Source: Anaerolineae bacterium
Lineage (GTDB): Bacteria; Chloroflexota; Anaerolineae; S140-20
Direction of reading: 5' to 3'
Length of the DNA stretch: 64,000 nucleotides
Assembly (NCBI GenBank): GCA_027021705.1
Contig: JALUTT010000164.1
Coordinates: 1 to 64,000 of the forward strand
Shown here: piece by piece, positions 27,601 through 36,070 of the stretch
Layout: each line of letters starts with the position of its first letter
Numbering within the stretch: position 1 is the stretch's first letter
Notes under the pieces: generated by a model
Seen by the model: the letters and a program-made list of their open reading frames with translations, nothing else
Told to the model about the DNA's origin: nothing
Databases searched by the model: none
Translations under genes and position numbers: made by a program

Positions 27601-29530
27601 CTTGAAGATCAAAGGAGGAGCATCAGCGACATCGGAGTGGGCCATTCGTTCCATCGGCAGTACTCAGGCACGCTTCTCCAACCCCTACTCAGATAATGAC
27701 CGCAAGGCCGCGGGCGTTTTCCTACTAGCTTCGGTGATTGATAGCATCGGACAGGCTTTCCCTGGACAACCCCTTGCTATGCGGCTCTTAAAATTGTCCC
27801 TCGATCGTGGAGCGCCTTATCGGGATTACATCTCTCGCCAGCAAGCTGGGCTAGGGAGCAAAATCACCCCGCTTCAGGCCAACGTGGGCGCAAGCGCCTC
27901 TTTGGGCATCAAGCGGAGTGGCCTCGCCTGGGAAGAGCGCATCCTGGGCTTCGACCTGGTGGATGTGGGCGTGACCGTCGTGCAAATGAACACCCTCACC
28001 GACTACCGTGACCGCAACGAGTGGGGATTGGGCTATGAATCCGAGCACGAGATAAATTGGTCACTGCTTTCCTGGCAGATCGGGGACCTCAGGAACAAGC
28101 TTGCTGGCACCATCGGTGACGGAGCTAAAAAGGCTAAGGTGGAACTCATCTTTGACAGTGACACCAACGCCTTAAAGCGGTTAGAAATTTCGTTTACTGG
28201 TGAGGGAAATCCCTATGCTTTTACCGATGTATTAAAGGAAGAAGTGACCTTTAAGCTCATTATCCCCGCCAATTCCCTGGGTGATGACCGTCTTGCTCGT
28301 TTAGTAAACATCATCCGTCTGCTGAGCGCTGCCCAACGAATCGACACCGATCCGCTCCAGATAGGGCCCTCAGCAATGGCCGAGGAACTGAACACCCTGT
28401 TGGAAGGTCTGAGATATGCCGAATACGAGATCACAGTAGATGATGGGGCCGAAACACGCTTTGAGATCAGCTTGAGCGTGACAGCAGGGATTGACATCAG
28501 CCTGGGGCCGGGCCTCAAAATCAAGAAAGTACGTAGCCTGGTGAGAGAACGGGGCGTCTTCATCAACGGCCATCCTTACAGAACCGAATCCTATAATGCC
28601 GATGCCTACGTCTCCCGCCCTGGCAAGTCCTGGCAAAGTTTGTCCACCAACGCTATGGGCGGGCTGTGGCTCCTGGTGCAAGACGCTTTTAGTTGGGTTT
28701 GGAAACAAGTAACATCGGGCGCAGGCTGGGTCATCAGCGCTATCTCCCGGACGGTGGACGGCATCATCCAAGGTGGCGCGCAGATCATTGCTCCACCGGG
28801 CACACAGCTCCACACAACGAATCCTGACCTACGGACAGGACCTATACAGCAAACAGAGCCCATCACCATCACCGCCATCGGTTGGGCACCTACCAGGCTT
28901 GGGAGCAGCACAGCCCTCAACCTAGGCCCGACAACCGTTACGGCCTCTGGTGAGGGACTCGTGATCGGTGGTATCTACGCATTCCAGCCTTACACTCTGA
29001 CCCTGAGCCCCGGCGCCACCCTTGTCATCACTTATACCGATGAAGCGGTTGCGGGAGTGAATGAGCACGCGATCGGGATGTTCCGCTGGAACCCAGAGGA
29101 AAGCAACTGGCAACCGCTGACGGCAATCTCAGACACGGCCCGTAACGTATTCACCGCCACCATCACCCAATTGGGCACCTTTGCTCTCGGGTACGATGTC
29201 ACCCCACCTCAGATCACCATCTTGGAACCGGCAGACGGCAGCATCAACAACAACACGTTACCCCTCATCAGCGCTCTGGTGGTGGATACAGGAGGAGGAG
29301 TTGACCCATCCACAGTGGAGATGCGATTGGATGGGCGATCTGTGGCAGCGGATTACATCACCAGTACGGGACAGCTCGTTTACTTGCCCCCAACACCGCT
29401 GGCAAATGGTCTCCACACAATAACGGTCTCAGCAAGAGACGTGTTGGGGAACGTCGGTTCTACATTGGCCACCTTCACTGTAGAGATACACTACACTCTC
29501 TACCTGCCGCTGATACTGCAGGATCGGTAA
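24653..29530 (+). CDS. Large secreted SBBP beta-propeller protein with unknown central region, ZU5-like and Ig-like domains, C-terminal LYLPLILQ
   Basis: GAGGTGA RBS and ATG 24653 with signal peptide. FIPNQGQ...YKDLWPGID N-domain and seven YCGYIGG...GIAVD.AGNAYVVG.T.S repeats. Confidence 0.9.
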   Translation: MKGDGKFFSILPILLVLALLASGALTARKPQPVSTPALVTAAEGLRSSSEGSIATLSPLPPSEQGEGARRQNESTASVDEAVRAHAQNLLDSLPLDFIPNQGQVDEQVDFYVKGRDKLIYFTPQGLTFVLTTILETNSTVGIDNILNPSSPPTAPHPQSATRWVVKLDFVDANPDVHPVGEEKTDTTVSYFKGSPDQWHTGIPTYRRIVYKDLWPGIDLAFTGTVNELKYEFIVRPGADPDRIRLTYRGAEVVQAADGSLEITTPVGGFTDVSPTAYQEIEGRRVPVSVAYDLAPPVADPQPATRHVRFAVGPYDPTRPLVLDPAILIYCGYIGGTGGDYGLGIAVDEAGNAYVVGQTYSSESRGFPVSAGPDPTFNDDDDPDAFVAKVRADGTGLDYCGYIGGANEDSGWDIAVDGAGNAYIVGTTYSSPSEGFPVTVGPDLTFNGSKDAFVAKVRADGTRLDYCGYIGGTDEDSGWGIAVDGAGNAYIVGRTYSSESEGFPVAVGPDLTFNGDDNSDAFVAKVQADGARLDYCGYIGGIDNDLGWDIAVDEIGNAYIVGTTYSSFGEGFPVAVGPDLTFNDDDDEPDAFVAKVRADGTGLDYCGYIGGTDEDSGWGIAVDGAGNAYVVGTTYSSPGEGFPVAVGPDLTFNGLKDAFVARVRADGRWLDYCGYIGGLDWDEGLGIAVDRVGNAYVAGTTHSSPSENFPVIVGPDLTFNGGYKDAFVAKVQAGGVRLDYCGYIGGSASDYGYGIAVDGTGNTYVVGTTDSSPIEGFPVTIGPSLTFNGYRDAFVARIWAESGSGPFILPVYPGTHTISNTVMQGGTTYRYFRLLDSTHNPISNATITLSTGSTATTDAQGYFTATIAADSLGGVGSYMVSIQSVTYGGQTYDTAGQPAFPVQVTDRRYSYAWSYGASTKLKGGISAGLIAYLQYTTSGGMELKLDESDPNISSDDVVSMKEDFSDEVGIGGGIGIEGEVNILILKIKGGASATSEWAIRSIGSTQARFSNPYSDNDRKAAGVFLLASVIDSIGQAFPGQPLAMRLLKLSLDRGAPYRDYISRQQAGLGSKITPLQANVGASASLGIKRSGLAWEERILGFDLVDVGVTVVQMNTLTDYRDRNEWGLGYESEHEINWSLLSWQIGDLRNKLAGTIGDGAKKAKVELIFDSDTNALKRLEISFTGEGNPYAFTDVLKEEVTFKLIIPANSLGDDRLARLVNIIRLLSAAQRIDTDPLQIGPSAMAEELNTLLEGLRYAEYEITVDDGAETRFEISLSVTAGIDISLGPGLKIKKVRSLVRERGVFINGHPYRTESYNADAYVSRPGKSWQSLSTNAMGGLWLLVQDAFSWVWKQVTSGAGWVISAISRTVDGIIQGGAQIIAPPGTQLHTTNPDLRTGPIQQTEPITITAIGWAPTRLGSSTALNLGPTTVTASGEGLVIGGIYAFQPYTLTLSPGATLVITYTDEAVAGVNEHAIGMFRWNPEESNWQPLTAISDTARNVFTATITQLGTFALGYDVTPPQITILEPADGSINNNTLPLISALVVDTGGGVDPSTVEMRLDGRSVAADYITSTGQLVYLPPTPLANGLHTITVSARDVLGNVGSTLATFTVEIHYTLYLPLILQDR
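25133..25653. repeat. Highly similar direct repeat of the SBBP-associated N-domain (partner 42663-43183)
   Basis: Both copies encode TRWV.KLDFVDAN...LVLDPAILIYCGYIGG with high nucleotide identity. Confidence 0.9.
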
Positions 29531-29636
29531 GCGAGCAGTCCTCTTAATGTTGGTCATTCAGTTGAGGGGAGTCGAGGTGCGGTAAACGAAGACCAGATAT
29601 CCAGGTCCATCGAGTGACCTGAATCGAGGCAATGTT

Positions 29637-30920
29637 ATGCGACGTGCCATCCGCTTCTGGGGGGAACTGAAGCCCATCGGCCGGCTGCTCCTCGGGTGCA
29701 GCGGGCTGATCGCGCTGCTCTCCTGGGCCACAGCCGGCCTTATGCTCCTCGCCTTGCACCGCTGCCTCCGCTCCGAGGTGATCCCGGAAGCAACGGCCAT
29801 CATCGCTCAGTTCGTCGCCTCTCCCACGCCATCCCCCTCGCCATCCGCTACCCCCACGCCGTCGCCCACCGCCACCGCGACCCCTACCTTCACCCCCACG
29901 CCATCGCCTACCGCCACCGCAACGCCTACACCCACTCCCAGCCCCTCCCCCACACCAACATTCACCCTGACCCCGACTCCGCTGACCTCTGTCACCGGTG
30001 TGGAACCCGTGGGGCAGGTCGAGGGCAACGTCCAAGCGGTGGCTGCACGAGGTGACTACCTCTACCTGGGCGTTGGACCCTCGCTGGTCGTGGTGGACAT
30101 CTCCGATCCGGCCACCCCCCAAACGATCGGGCAGGTTGACCTCCCCAGCCTGGGAGAAGGCCCCCTCACGCCCGACGTGCAAGAGATCATCCTTTCCGAT
30201 GGGTACGCCTACGTCGGTGCCTGGGGGCTGGGCCTCTGCGTGGTGGAGGTCTCCGAACCCTCGGCACCGCGCGTGGCCGGATGCACCGATTTCGGAGGTA
30301 TCCAAAACGAACTGGCCCTCTCCGATTCCTACGCCTATGTGACGGGCAAGCCCCTGCGAGTGGTAGATGTAGCGGACCCGACCACCCCCTACGAAGCGGC
30401 TCAGTTCAGGCTCGAGGGAGAGATCACCGACATCGCCATCGCCGACTCCTACGCCTATGTGGCCGCCGGGGGCGGAGGGATGTGGGTCGTGGACCTCTCC
30501 AACCCCACGGCCCCTCGTGAAGTGGGACATCTCAACCTCTACGCTGCCGGCCTCTTCATTGCCGCCCCCTACGCCTATGTCGTGGAGCGAGACCTGCCAA
30601 CGGTCATAGCGAACCGCTACTACCTCTACAGCTTGGCCGTGGTGGACATCACCGACCCAACCCGCCCCCGCAAGGTGGGATACCTCAAGATGGGGTATCA
30701 GGCCCCTGCCGGCTGGACGCAACGCCTCTTCGTGGCCGGCCCCCTGGCCTACCTGGCTGCCTGGGAGGAGGGGCTGCGGATCGTGGACGTTTCCAACCCA
30801 AGCCGTCCCAGGGAGGTGGCCCACCATCCGGCCCGCGCTGTGGACATCTGGGTCTCCGGGGCCTACGCCTATGTAGCCACCGGAGAAGCGTTGCTCATCC
30901 TACGCCTCCAGGCCGACTGA
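29637..30920 (+). CDS. Membrane-anchored LVIVD-repeat protein with PT linker
   Basis: N-terminus homologous to 14521 ([14 protein letters not shown]...PEATAI.AQ). (TP)n linker and ~7 LVIVD repeats. Confidence 0.88.
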   Translation: MRRAIRFWGELKPIGRLLLGCSGLIALLSWATAGLMLLALHRCLRSEVIPEATAIIAQFVASPTPSPSPSATPTPSPTATATPTFTPTPSPTATATPTPTPSPSPTPTFTLTPTPLTSVTGVEPVGQVEGNVQAVAARGDYLYLGVGPSLVVVDISDPATPQTIGQVDLPSLGEGPLTPDVQEIILSDGYAYVGAWGLGLCVVEVSEPSAPRVAGCTDFGGIQNELALSDSYAYVTGKPLRVVDVADPTTPYEAAQFRLEGEITDIAIADSYAYVAAGGGGMWVVDLSNPTAPREVGHLNLYAAGLFIAAPYAYVVERDLPTVIANRYYLYSLAVVDITDPTRPRKVGYLKMGYQAPAGWTQRLFVAGPLAYLAAWEEGLRIVDVSNPSRPREVAHHPARAVDIWVSGAYAYVATGEALLILRLQAD

Positions 30921-30991
30921 AGACCCAGGAGCTGGGTCAACGGTCGTAACGTTCTGCGGGTGAAAGGCTCTTTTCTAACGAAGTCTCTTTA

Positions 30992-31024
30992 CCCCGGCTC
31001 CGGCCGGAAACGCCGGAGCCGGGG
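30992..31024. other. Perfect 13-bp GC-rich hairpin (possible terminator or RNA stabiliser)
   Basis: CCCCGGCTCCGGC-cggaaac-GCCGGAGCCGGGG. No 3' U tract on either strand. Confidence 0.55.
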
Positions 31025-31061
31025 GAGCACAAGACCTTCCTGATACCTTCACAGGCACACG

Positions 31062-31898
31062 ATGATCAACGAACTTCTGCATCCATCGAACGTCCTTGCA
31101 CCGCGAGGGCCGGCGGGATGCCTGGACCGATCCCGGGTCCCGCTGGCCCACCTCTACTACTATCGCGGCTTTCTCTCCCTCAAAACCTGCCGCTACGAGA
31201 CCGCCATTAGGGCCCTGCGCCGAGCCGTCGCCCTGGCCCCCCGCTGGCCGAGGCTTCGGCTGGCCTTGGGAGACGCGCTGGCTTCCCAAGGGCAGTGGCA
31301 AGCCGCCATCGCCCAGTACGAATGGGCCGTCCTTCTGGCCCCCCATCGCCCCGACGCCTTGGCCGCCTTGGGGAGAGGGCTCCTAGTCACCGGCCGGACG
31401 GCCGAGGCCGTCCGGGTCTTCCGGCGGCTGCAAGCGATGGTGGACGAGGCGGTCCGGCACAGAGCAGGCAACCATATGGCCTCAGTGGCCTGCTGGGCAC
31501 TCCAGGCCGGCGATGCCTGCCGAGAGGCGGGCCAATGGGATGCCGCCGCCGACCTCTATCGGCCCCTGACCCGCCTGCCCACCGAGACCCCTCTGCTGAC
31601 AGCGATCGTGCGGGAGGCGGTGAACGAACTGAGTGATCTGTTGGCACGTCAAGGGCAATGGGAGGAACTGGCTGCGCTGGTGGAGCGGACGGCGGCGGAC
31701 GATCCGCCGGCGCTGCGGGCGGTGAGGCGGGGGGACCTCTGGCGGGCCTTGGGGCAGCCTGGACGGGCTCGCGCCGAGTACACCCTGGCCATCGGCCTGG
31801 CGCAGACCGATCCCCCGACGGGATGGGTGGCCGAGCTGGCCCGCCGGAGGCAGGAGGCCCTCACTCAACCGAAAGAAGGCGAAGGGAAAGTCCAATGA
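31062..31898 (+). CDS. Tetratricopeptide repeat protein
   Basis: Helical TPR-like repeats (AIRALRRAVALAP...LALGDALASQGQWQAAIAQYE...ALAALGRGL). Start position uncertain. Confidence 0.75.
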   Translation: MINELLHPSNVLAPRGPAGCLDRSRVPLAHLYYYRGFLSLKTCRYETAIRALRRAVALAPRWPRLRLALGDALASQGQWQAAIAQYEWAVLLAPHRPDALAALGRGLLVTGRTAEAVRVFRRLQAMVDEAVRHRAGNHMASVACWALQAGDACREAGQWDAAADLYRPLTRLPTETPLLTAIVREAVNELSDLLARQGQWEELAALVERTAADDPPALRAVRRGDLWRALGQPGRARAEYTLAIGLAQTDPPTGWVAELARRRQEALTQPKEGEGKVQ

Positions 31899-31904
31899 CA
31901 GGAT

Positions 31905-32192
31905 TTACGCGGTTAGCAACTGAGCGGTAGCTACTCTGCCCTGCACGGGAGCGGAGGCAGGCATTCCGCCGGTAATCGGTTCTCGCTGCAAGCGATCCTT
32001 GCCCTCACCGACCTTACCTAAGGTTTCTTTCGGGTGCCGGCGCAACCGCTGCAGTACGACGAAGGGGATCATTGCGAAGGCGCCGTGGGGGATCAAGGCT
32101 TGATCAACCCGACACCGGCACACCGCCAGGCCGCTGAACGGCTTGACATCGCGGAAGAGGATCTCGATGGACCAACGGCTTCGTTTGCGCAG
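31905..32192 (-). mobile_element. IS4/IS701-type DDE transposase remnant (C-terminal fragment)
   Basis: The minus frame reads *LRKRSRWSIEILFRDVKPFSGLAVCRCR..., matching the RWxIExxFRxxK...GL signature. There is an in-frame stop upstream and no N-terminal part. Confidence 0.75.
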
Positions 32193-32275
32193 TCAAGTAG
32201 GGAGCGGCCACTAGTGCCGCCCTCTACTTAGGCAGATAGGCCACAATGGGTGAAGGATGTGAATAGGAGGAACAA

Positions 32276-34897
32276 ATGCAAATCAGGAATACAGCTTACC
32301 GATGGTTGCTCATCGCGAGCAGTGTGCTCCTGTTGCTCCCGATGATGCCAAGTCGCCTAACGGTGGCTTCAACGGATCTCGCCTTCCAAACCCTCCGTTC
32401 CCTGGACATTCTATCACCAACACAGAGTGATCCGGATTACGCCGGTCCCCATCACAGTCCCCAGAAGATCGTTATCCGTGTGACCAAGCCCGCTGACGGC
32501 TTGCAACGGAGTGATTTTACCGTCGAGGTCGGTGGAGAACCCGCCTATGTCGTCGTCGTCTGGGAGGGGAGTGATGAATACGCCCTTGAGGTCATTCCCC
32601 CCGATACACTGGGCGCCAACGGGTTATATGACTTGATGGTCAGTGCTGCCGGTGAGAGTGACACAGAAGTCCAGGCGGTCAAATACGCCCCTGCCCAGAA
32701 CGTGGATGTCGTCGTCGTCCTGGACCGGTCAGGAAGCATGTCCGGAAGCACAAACATCCCCGGCGTCAACAAACTGGAGGCTGCCAAGAAAGCAGCCATC
32801 CTCTTTGTGAACTTGATGGTGGATGGTGATAAGCTGGGGCTGGTCAGCTTCTCGACCATTGCTAAGCTGGAGTATGCCCTCACAACGGTCACAGCAGCCG
32901 TGCGCCAGGCCATTGTAGCGGCCATCACGCCCCTCTACCCCAGCGGCACGACAACCATTGGGGGCGGGCTTGAGGTCGCCCAAGACCAACTGGAGCAGTA
33001 TGGCGCTGCCGACGAGCCTTGGGCTATCGTCCTGCTCTCCGACGGCCGGCACAATACGCCTCCCGATTGGTGGGATGTCCTGCCCCGTATTGAGCAGAGC
33101 AAGACCGCCGTACACACCATTGGATTGGGGACCGATGCGGATGAAGCAACAATGCTGGAGATCGCTTCACGGACCGGAGGAACCTATAGCTATGCCCCCG
33201 ATGCCAGTCAACTCCAGCGCATCTACAACACCATTGCCGGGACCGTGCGCAATCAGCAGACACTGATCTCGCTGTCCGGCAACATCTCCCCCGGCGGAAA
33301 CGTCACGAAAACCGTCATCGTGGATTCAACGGTGACCGAAGCGGTCTTCTCCGTGGGGTGGAACAAGGCGAGCACCCACATCCAGATGACCTTGATACGT
33401 CCCGATGGGAGCCTTCTGGACCCAACAGTAGCAGCCAGCGATCCCACCGTCCGATATGTCTCCGGTGCCACCTTTGCCTACTATCACGTGGAGCGTCCCC
33501 TGGTGGGAGAGTGGATCGTCCAGCTCAGCAGTAGCTCGACCACGCGGGCCGTTGGCGTGGCGGGGACAGACCAGGCCGATATAGATACTTACTCCCTGGT
33601 TGTGAGCGGCCAGACAAACCTGACGCTACGTCTCTACGCCGATGAGAGGACCTATCCCATCGCCGGGATCATTCGCCTCAGCGCCACGTTGGCCGATACG
33701 GAACCGATCACCACGGCCCGCGTTGTGGGTGTTGGTACCGGACCGACGGGACACACTTACACTTTTAACCTCTATGACGATGGGGCGCACCAGGATGGGG
33801 CCGCAGCCGATGGCGTCTATGCTGGTGCGTATCCCAAGACCTACGTCGAGGGCACCCACACCTTCGTAGTTCGGGCAGAGGGCAAGGCAACCAGCGGTGA
33901 AGCCTTCGTCCGTCAGGCCGAGATGGCTTTTAACGTCACAGGCACACCATCGTCCGACACCACGGTCAACGTCACGTTGCAGGAAGCGTGGAACTTGATT
34001 TCCTTCGATGTAATGCCTCACGATACCGACGTAGCCACCGTGATGAACGCGATTGCCAACAATTACACGGCCGTGCTGGGCTTCGATGGCGAGGGATACA
34101 GTTACTACCCCCAACTTCCCGATACCATCAACACCCTTCAGGAGATGGATCCCTACCATGGCTACTGGATTCGGAGCACTGCCGTTGTGACGCTGCCTGT
34201 CGTTGGCCCTGAGGTGCCTGATAACACTCCCATCAGCCTACGCCCCGGATGGAACTTGGTGAGTTACCTACCCAATGCCTCAATGACCATCACCGATGCC
34301 CTCCGCTCGATAGAGGGTCTGTACACAGCCGTTTTAGGCTATGATCAGGGTGCAATGTCCTCCTACCCGGATCTGCCCGGCTATATGAACACCCTCCACA
34401 CGATGGAGCGCTTCCGGGGCTATTGGATTCATATGACTGCACCAGCTACCTTGATCTATCCCAGCGGTAACAACGCTGGGGTGATAGCTACTGCCTCCCT
34501 CCCCCCGAACGCGCCTCAATCGGCGGCTGGTATCAATCCAACAAACCAGTGGGTCAACTTCTACGGCTTTGAGGTCCTAGTGGATGGAAAGCCGGCCCCA
34601 ATCGGGACGACGATCTCCGTCTATGATCCCGATGGTGTGAAGATCGGAGAGATGCAGATCCGCCGTGCAGGCACTTACGGCGTGCTCTCGGCCTACGCTG
34701 ACGACCCGCTCACGCCGGAGGATGAGGGAGCTCTTCCGGGTGATCGGCTGACCTTCTATATCAACGGCCAGCCCGCCCTGGCGGTCGGTCCTGACCAGCC
34801 TATATGGACAGCCCCTGGAGAACGTCATCAAGTCAACCTATGGATTGGGGCAGCGCCTTTCCGGGTCTACATCCCCCTGATCCTGCGAACTCCGTAA
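32276..34897 (+). CDS. Secreted vWA plus choice-of-anchor-X-like protein with WNL(I/V)S repeats and C-terminal VYIPLILR
   Basis: AGGAGG RBS and signal peptide. VLDRSGSM, LLSDG, LYDDGAHQDGAAADGVY, two L..(A/G)WNL(I/V)S units and a WVNFYG...DDPLTPEDEGA domain. Confidence 0.9.
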   Translation: MQIRNTAYRWLLIASSVLLLLPMMPSRLTVASTDLAFQTLRSLDILSPTQSDPDYAGPHHSPQKIVIRVTKPADGLQRSDFTVEVGGEPAYVVVVWEGSDEYALEVIPPDTLGANGLYDLMVSAAGESDTEVQAVKYAPAQNVDVVVVLDRSGSMSGSTNIPGVNKLEAAKKAAILFVNLMVDGDKLGLVSFSTIAKLEYALTTVTAAVRQAIVAAITPLYPSGTTTIGGGLEVAQDQLEQYGAADEPWAIVLLSDGRHNTPPDWWDVLPRIEQSKTAVHTIGLGTDADEATMLEIASRTGGTYSYAPDASQLQRIYNTIAGTVRNQQTLISLSGNISPGGNVTKTVIVDSTVTEAVFSVGWNKASTHIQMTLIRPDGSLLDPTVAASDPTVRYVSGATFAYYHVERPLVGEWIVQLSSSSTTRAVGVAGTDQADIDTYSLVVSGQTNLTLRLYADERTYPIAGIIRLSATLADTEPITTARVVGVGTGPTGHTYTFNLYDDGAHQDGAAADGVYAGAYPKTYVEGTHTFVVRAEGKATSGEAFVRQAEMAFNVTGTPSSDTTVNVTLQEAWNLISFDVMPHDTDVATVMNAIANNYTAVLGFDGEGYSYYPQLPDTINTLQEMDPYHGYWIRSTAVVTLPVVGPEVPDNTPISLRPGWNLVSYLPNASMTITDALRSIEGLYTAVLGYDQGAMSSYPDLPGYMNTLHTMERFRGYWIHMTAPATLIYPSGNNAGVIATASLPPNAPQSAAGINPTNQWVNFYGFEVLVDGKPAPIGTTISVYDPDGVKIGEMQIRRAGTYGVLSAYADDPLTPEDEGALPGDRLTFYINGQPALAVGPDQPIWTAPGERHQVNLWIGAAPFRVYIPLILRTP

Positions 34898-35030
34898 GGA
34901 GCTGGCTCGGAACGGGCAAAAGCGTGCTCTCAATCCTCAAGAAAGGGAGTCCGCTCTCTTTCAAAAGCAATATCGTGTAATCACAAAGGTGCATCGAAGA
35001 ATGGGAGAGAATCTACCGTAAGGAGGGAGT

Positions 35031-35915
35031 ATGACACACTGGAAGATAGGGAACGGGCTTATGCACACCGGCATCCGCATCATCACGGTGCTGGTCGTGC
35101 TCGCTGTTGGTAGCCTGTCTCCTGCCTGGGCCCGATCTGGAGCCCAGGTCAGTCCCACTACAGAGTGGGTCAACTTCTACGGAGTGAACACCACCTGGAA
35201 CGGGGAGCTTGTTCCGGCAGGAACAGTAATTGCCGCCTACGATCCTCAAGGGACGTTGTGTGGTCAGTTTGTCGTCCACACGCCGGGCCGCTACGGCTTG
35301 TTGGCCTGCTACCGGGATGATCCCAATACACCCGAAGACGAAGGCGCCGAACCTGGCGATAGCATCACGTTCACGATGAATGGTCAGGCTGCGGTCCAGC
35401 TTGGTCCGGACAGCGCTCGCTGGACCAGCAATGGCGACCTGATGCAGGTGGAGTTGAGCGCTGGAGGAGCGGCCAGTGCTCCGTCGGGTACAATCCGAGG
35501 CACGGTCTTTCTCGACGCCGATGGGGATGGCATTTATGACGCCGGAGAGGCACCCATTGCTGGCGTTACAGTCACCGCGATCTCTAATGGCGGCTTTGAA
35601 ATCCCCCTGAGATCTGGAGAAGATGGTACTTTCGGTTTTGTCGGAATACACTCGGCCCACTGGACACTGCGGGTAACCGTGCCCGAGGGCTATGCTGCCA
35701 GCGGCCCAACCCTCTACACAGACATCTGGCTCGGTGCAGGGAACTGGCAGGTCCTGGACAAGAACTTCGGTCTGGTCAGCACAGCCCCCCTCCTGCTCCC
35801 CGTCGCCGGCAGTGAATCGCAGGGGCTCACCATCGCTCTGGGGCTCCTCATCGGCGGCGGTCTGCTGGTCGGAGGGAACCTGTCCCTGAGGCGAAGGAGG
35901 CAACGGCAGGGATAG
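35031..35915 (+). CDS. Sortase-type anchored protein: WVNFYG/DDP.TPEDEG domain, SdrD-B/CnaB-like domain, LPVAG
   Basis: AAGGAGG RBS. GTIRGTVFLDADGDGIYDAGEAPIAGVTV (SdrD-B-like). LPVAG followed by TM and RRRRQR. Confidence 0.88.
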   Translation: MTHWKIGNGLMHTGIRIITVLVVLAVGSLSPAWARSGAQVSPTTEWVNFYGVNTTWNGELVPAGTVIAAYDPQGTLCGQFVVHTPGRYGLLACYRDDPNTPEDEGAEPGDSITFTMNGQAAVQLGPDSARWTSNGDLMQVELSAGGAASAPSGTIRGTVFLDADGDGIYDAGEAPIAGVTVTAISNGGFEIPLRSGEDGTFGFVGIHSAHWTLRVTVPEGYAASGPTLYTDIWLGAGNWQVLDKNFGLVSTAPLLLPVAGSESQGLTIALGLLIGGGLLVGGNLSLRRRRQRQG

Positions 35916-36070
35916 ACCTCAGCACAACCGACAGCGCACCTGAATGGCTGGACCTGGCAGGTCTGGACGGGGCTGCGCCTCTTGCCCAAGGCAACCAGAT
36001 CACCTATGTCAGAGAAGCAGCCGCCGCAAAGACCTACCAGGTCCTTATTCGTTTACAAACGGGGGGAAGG

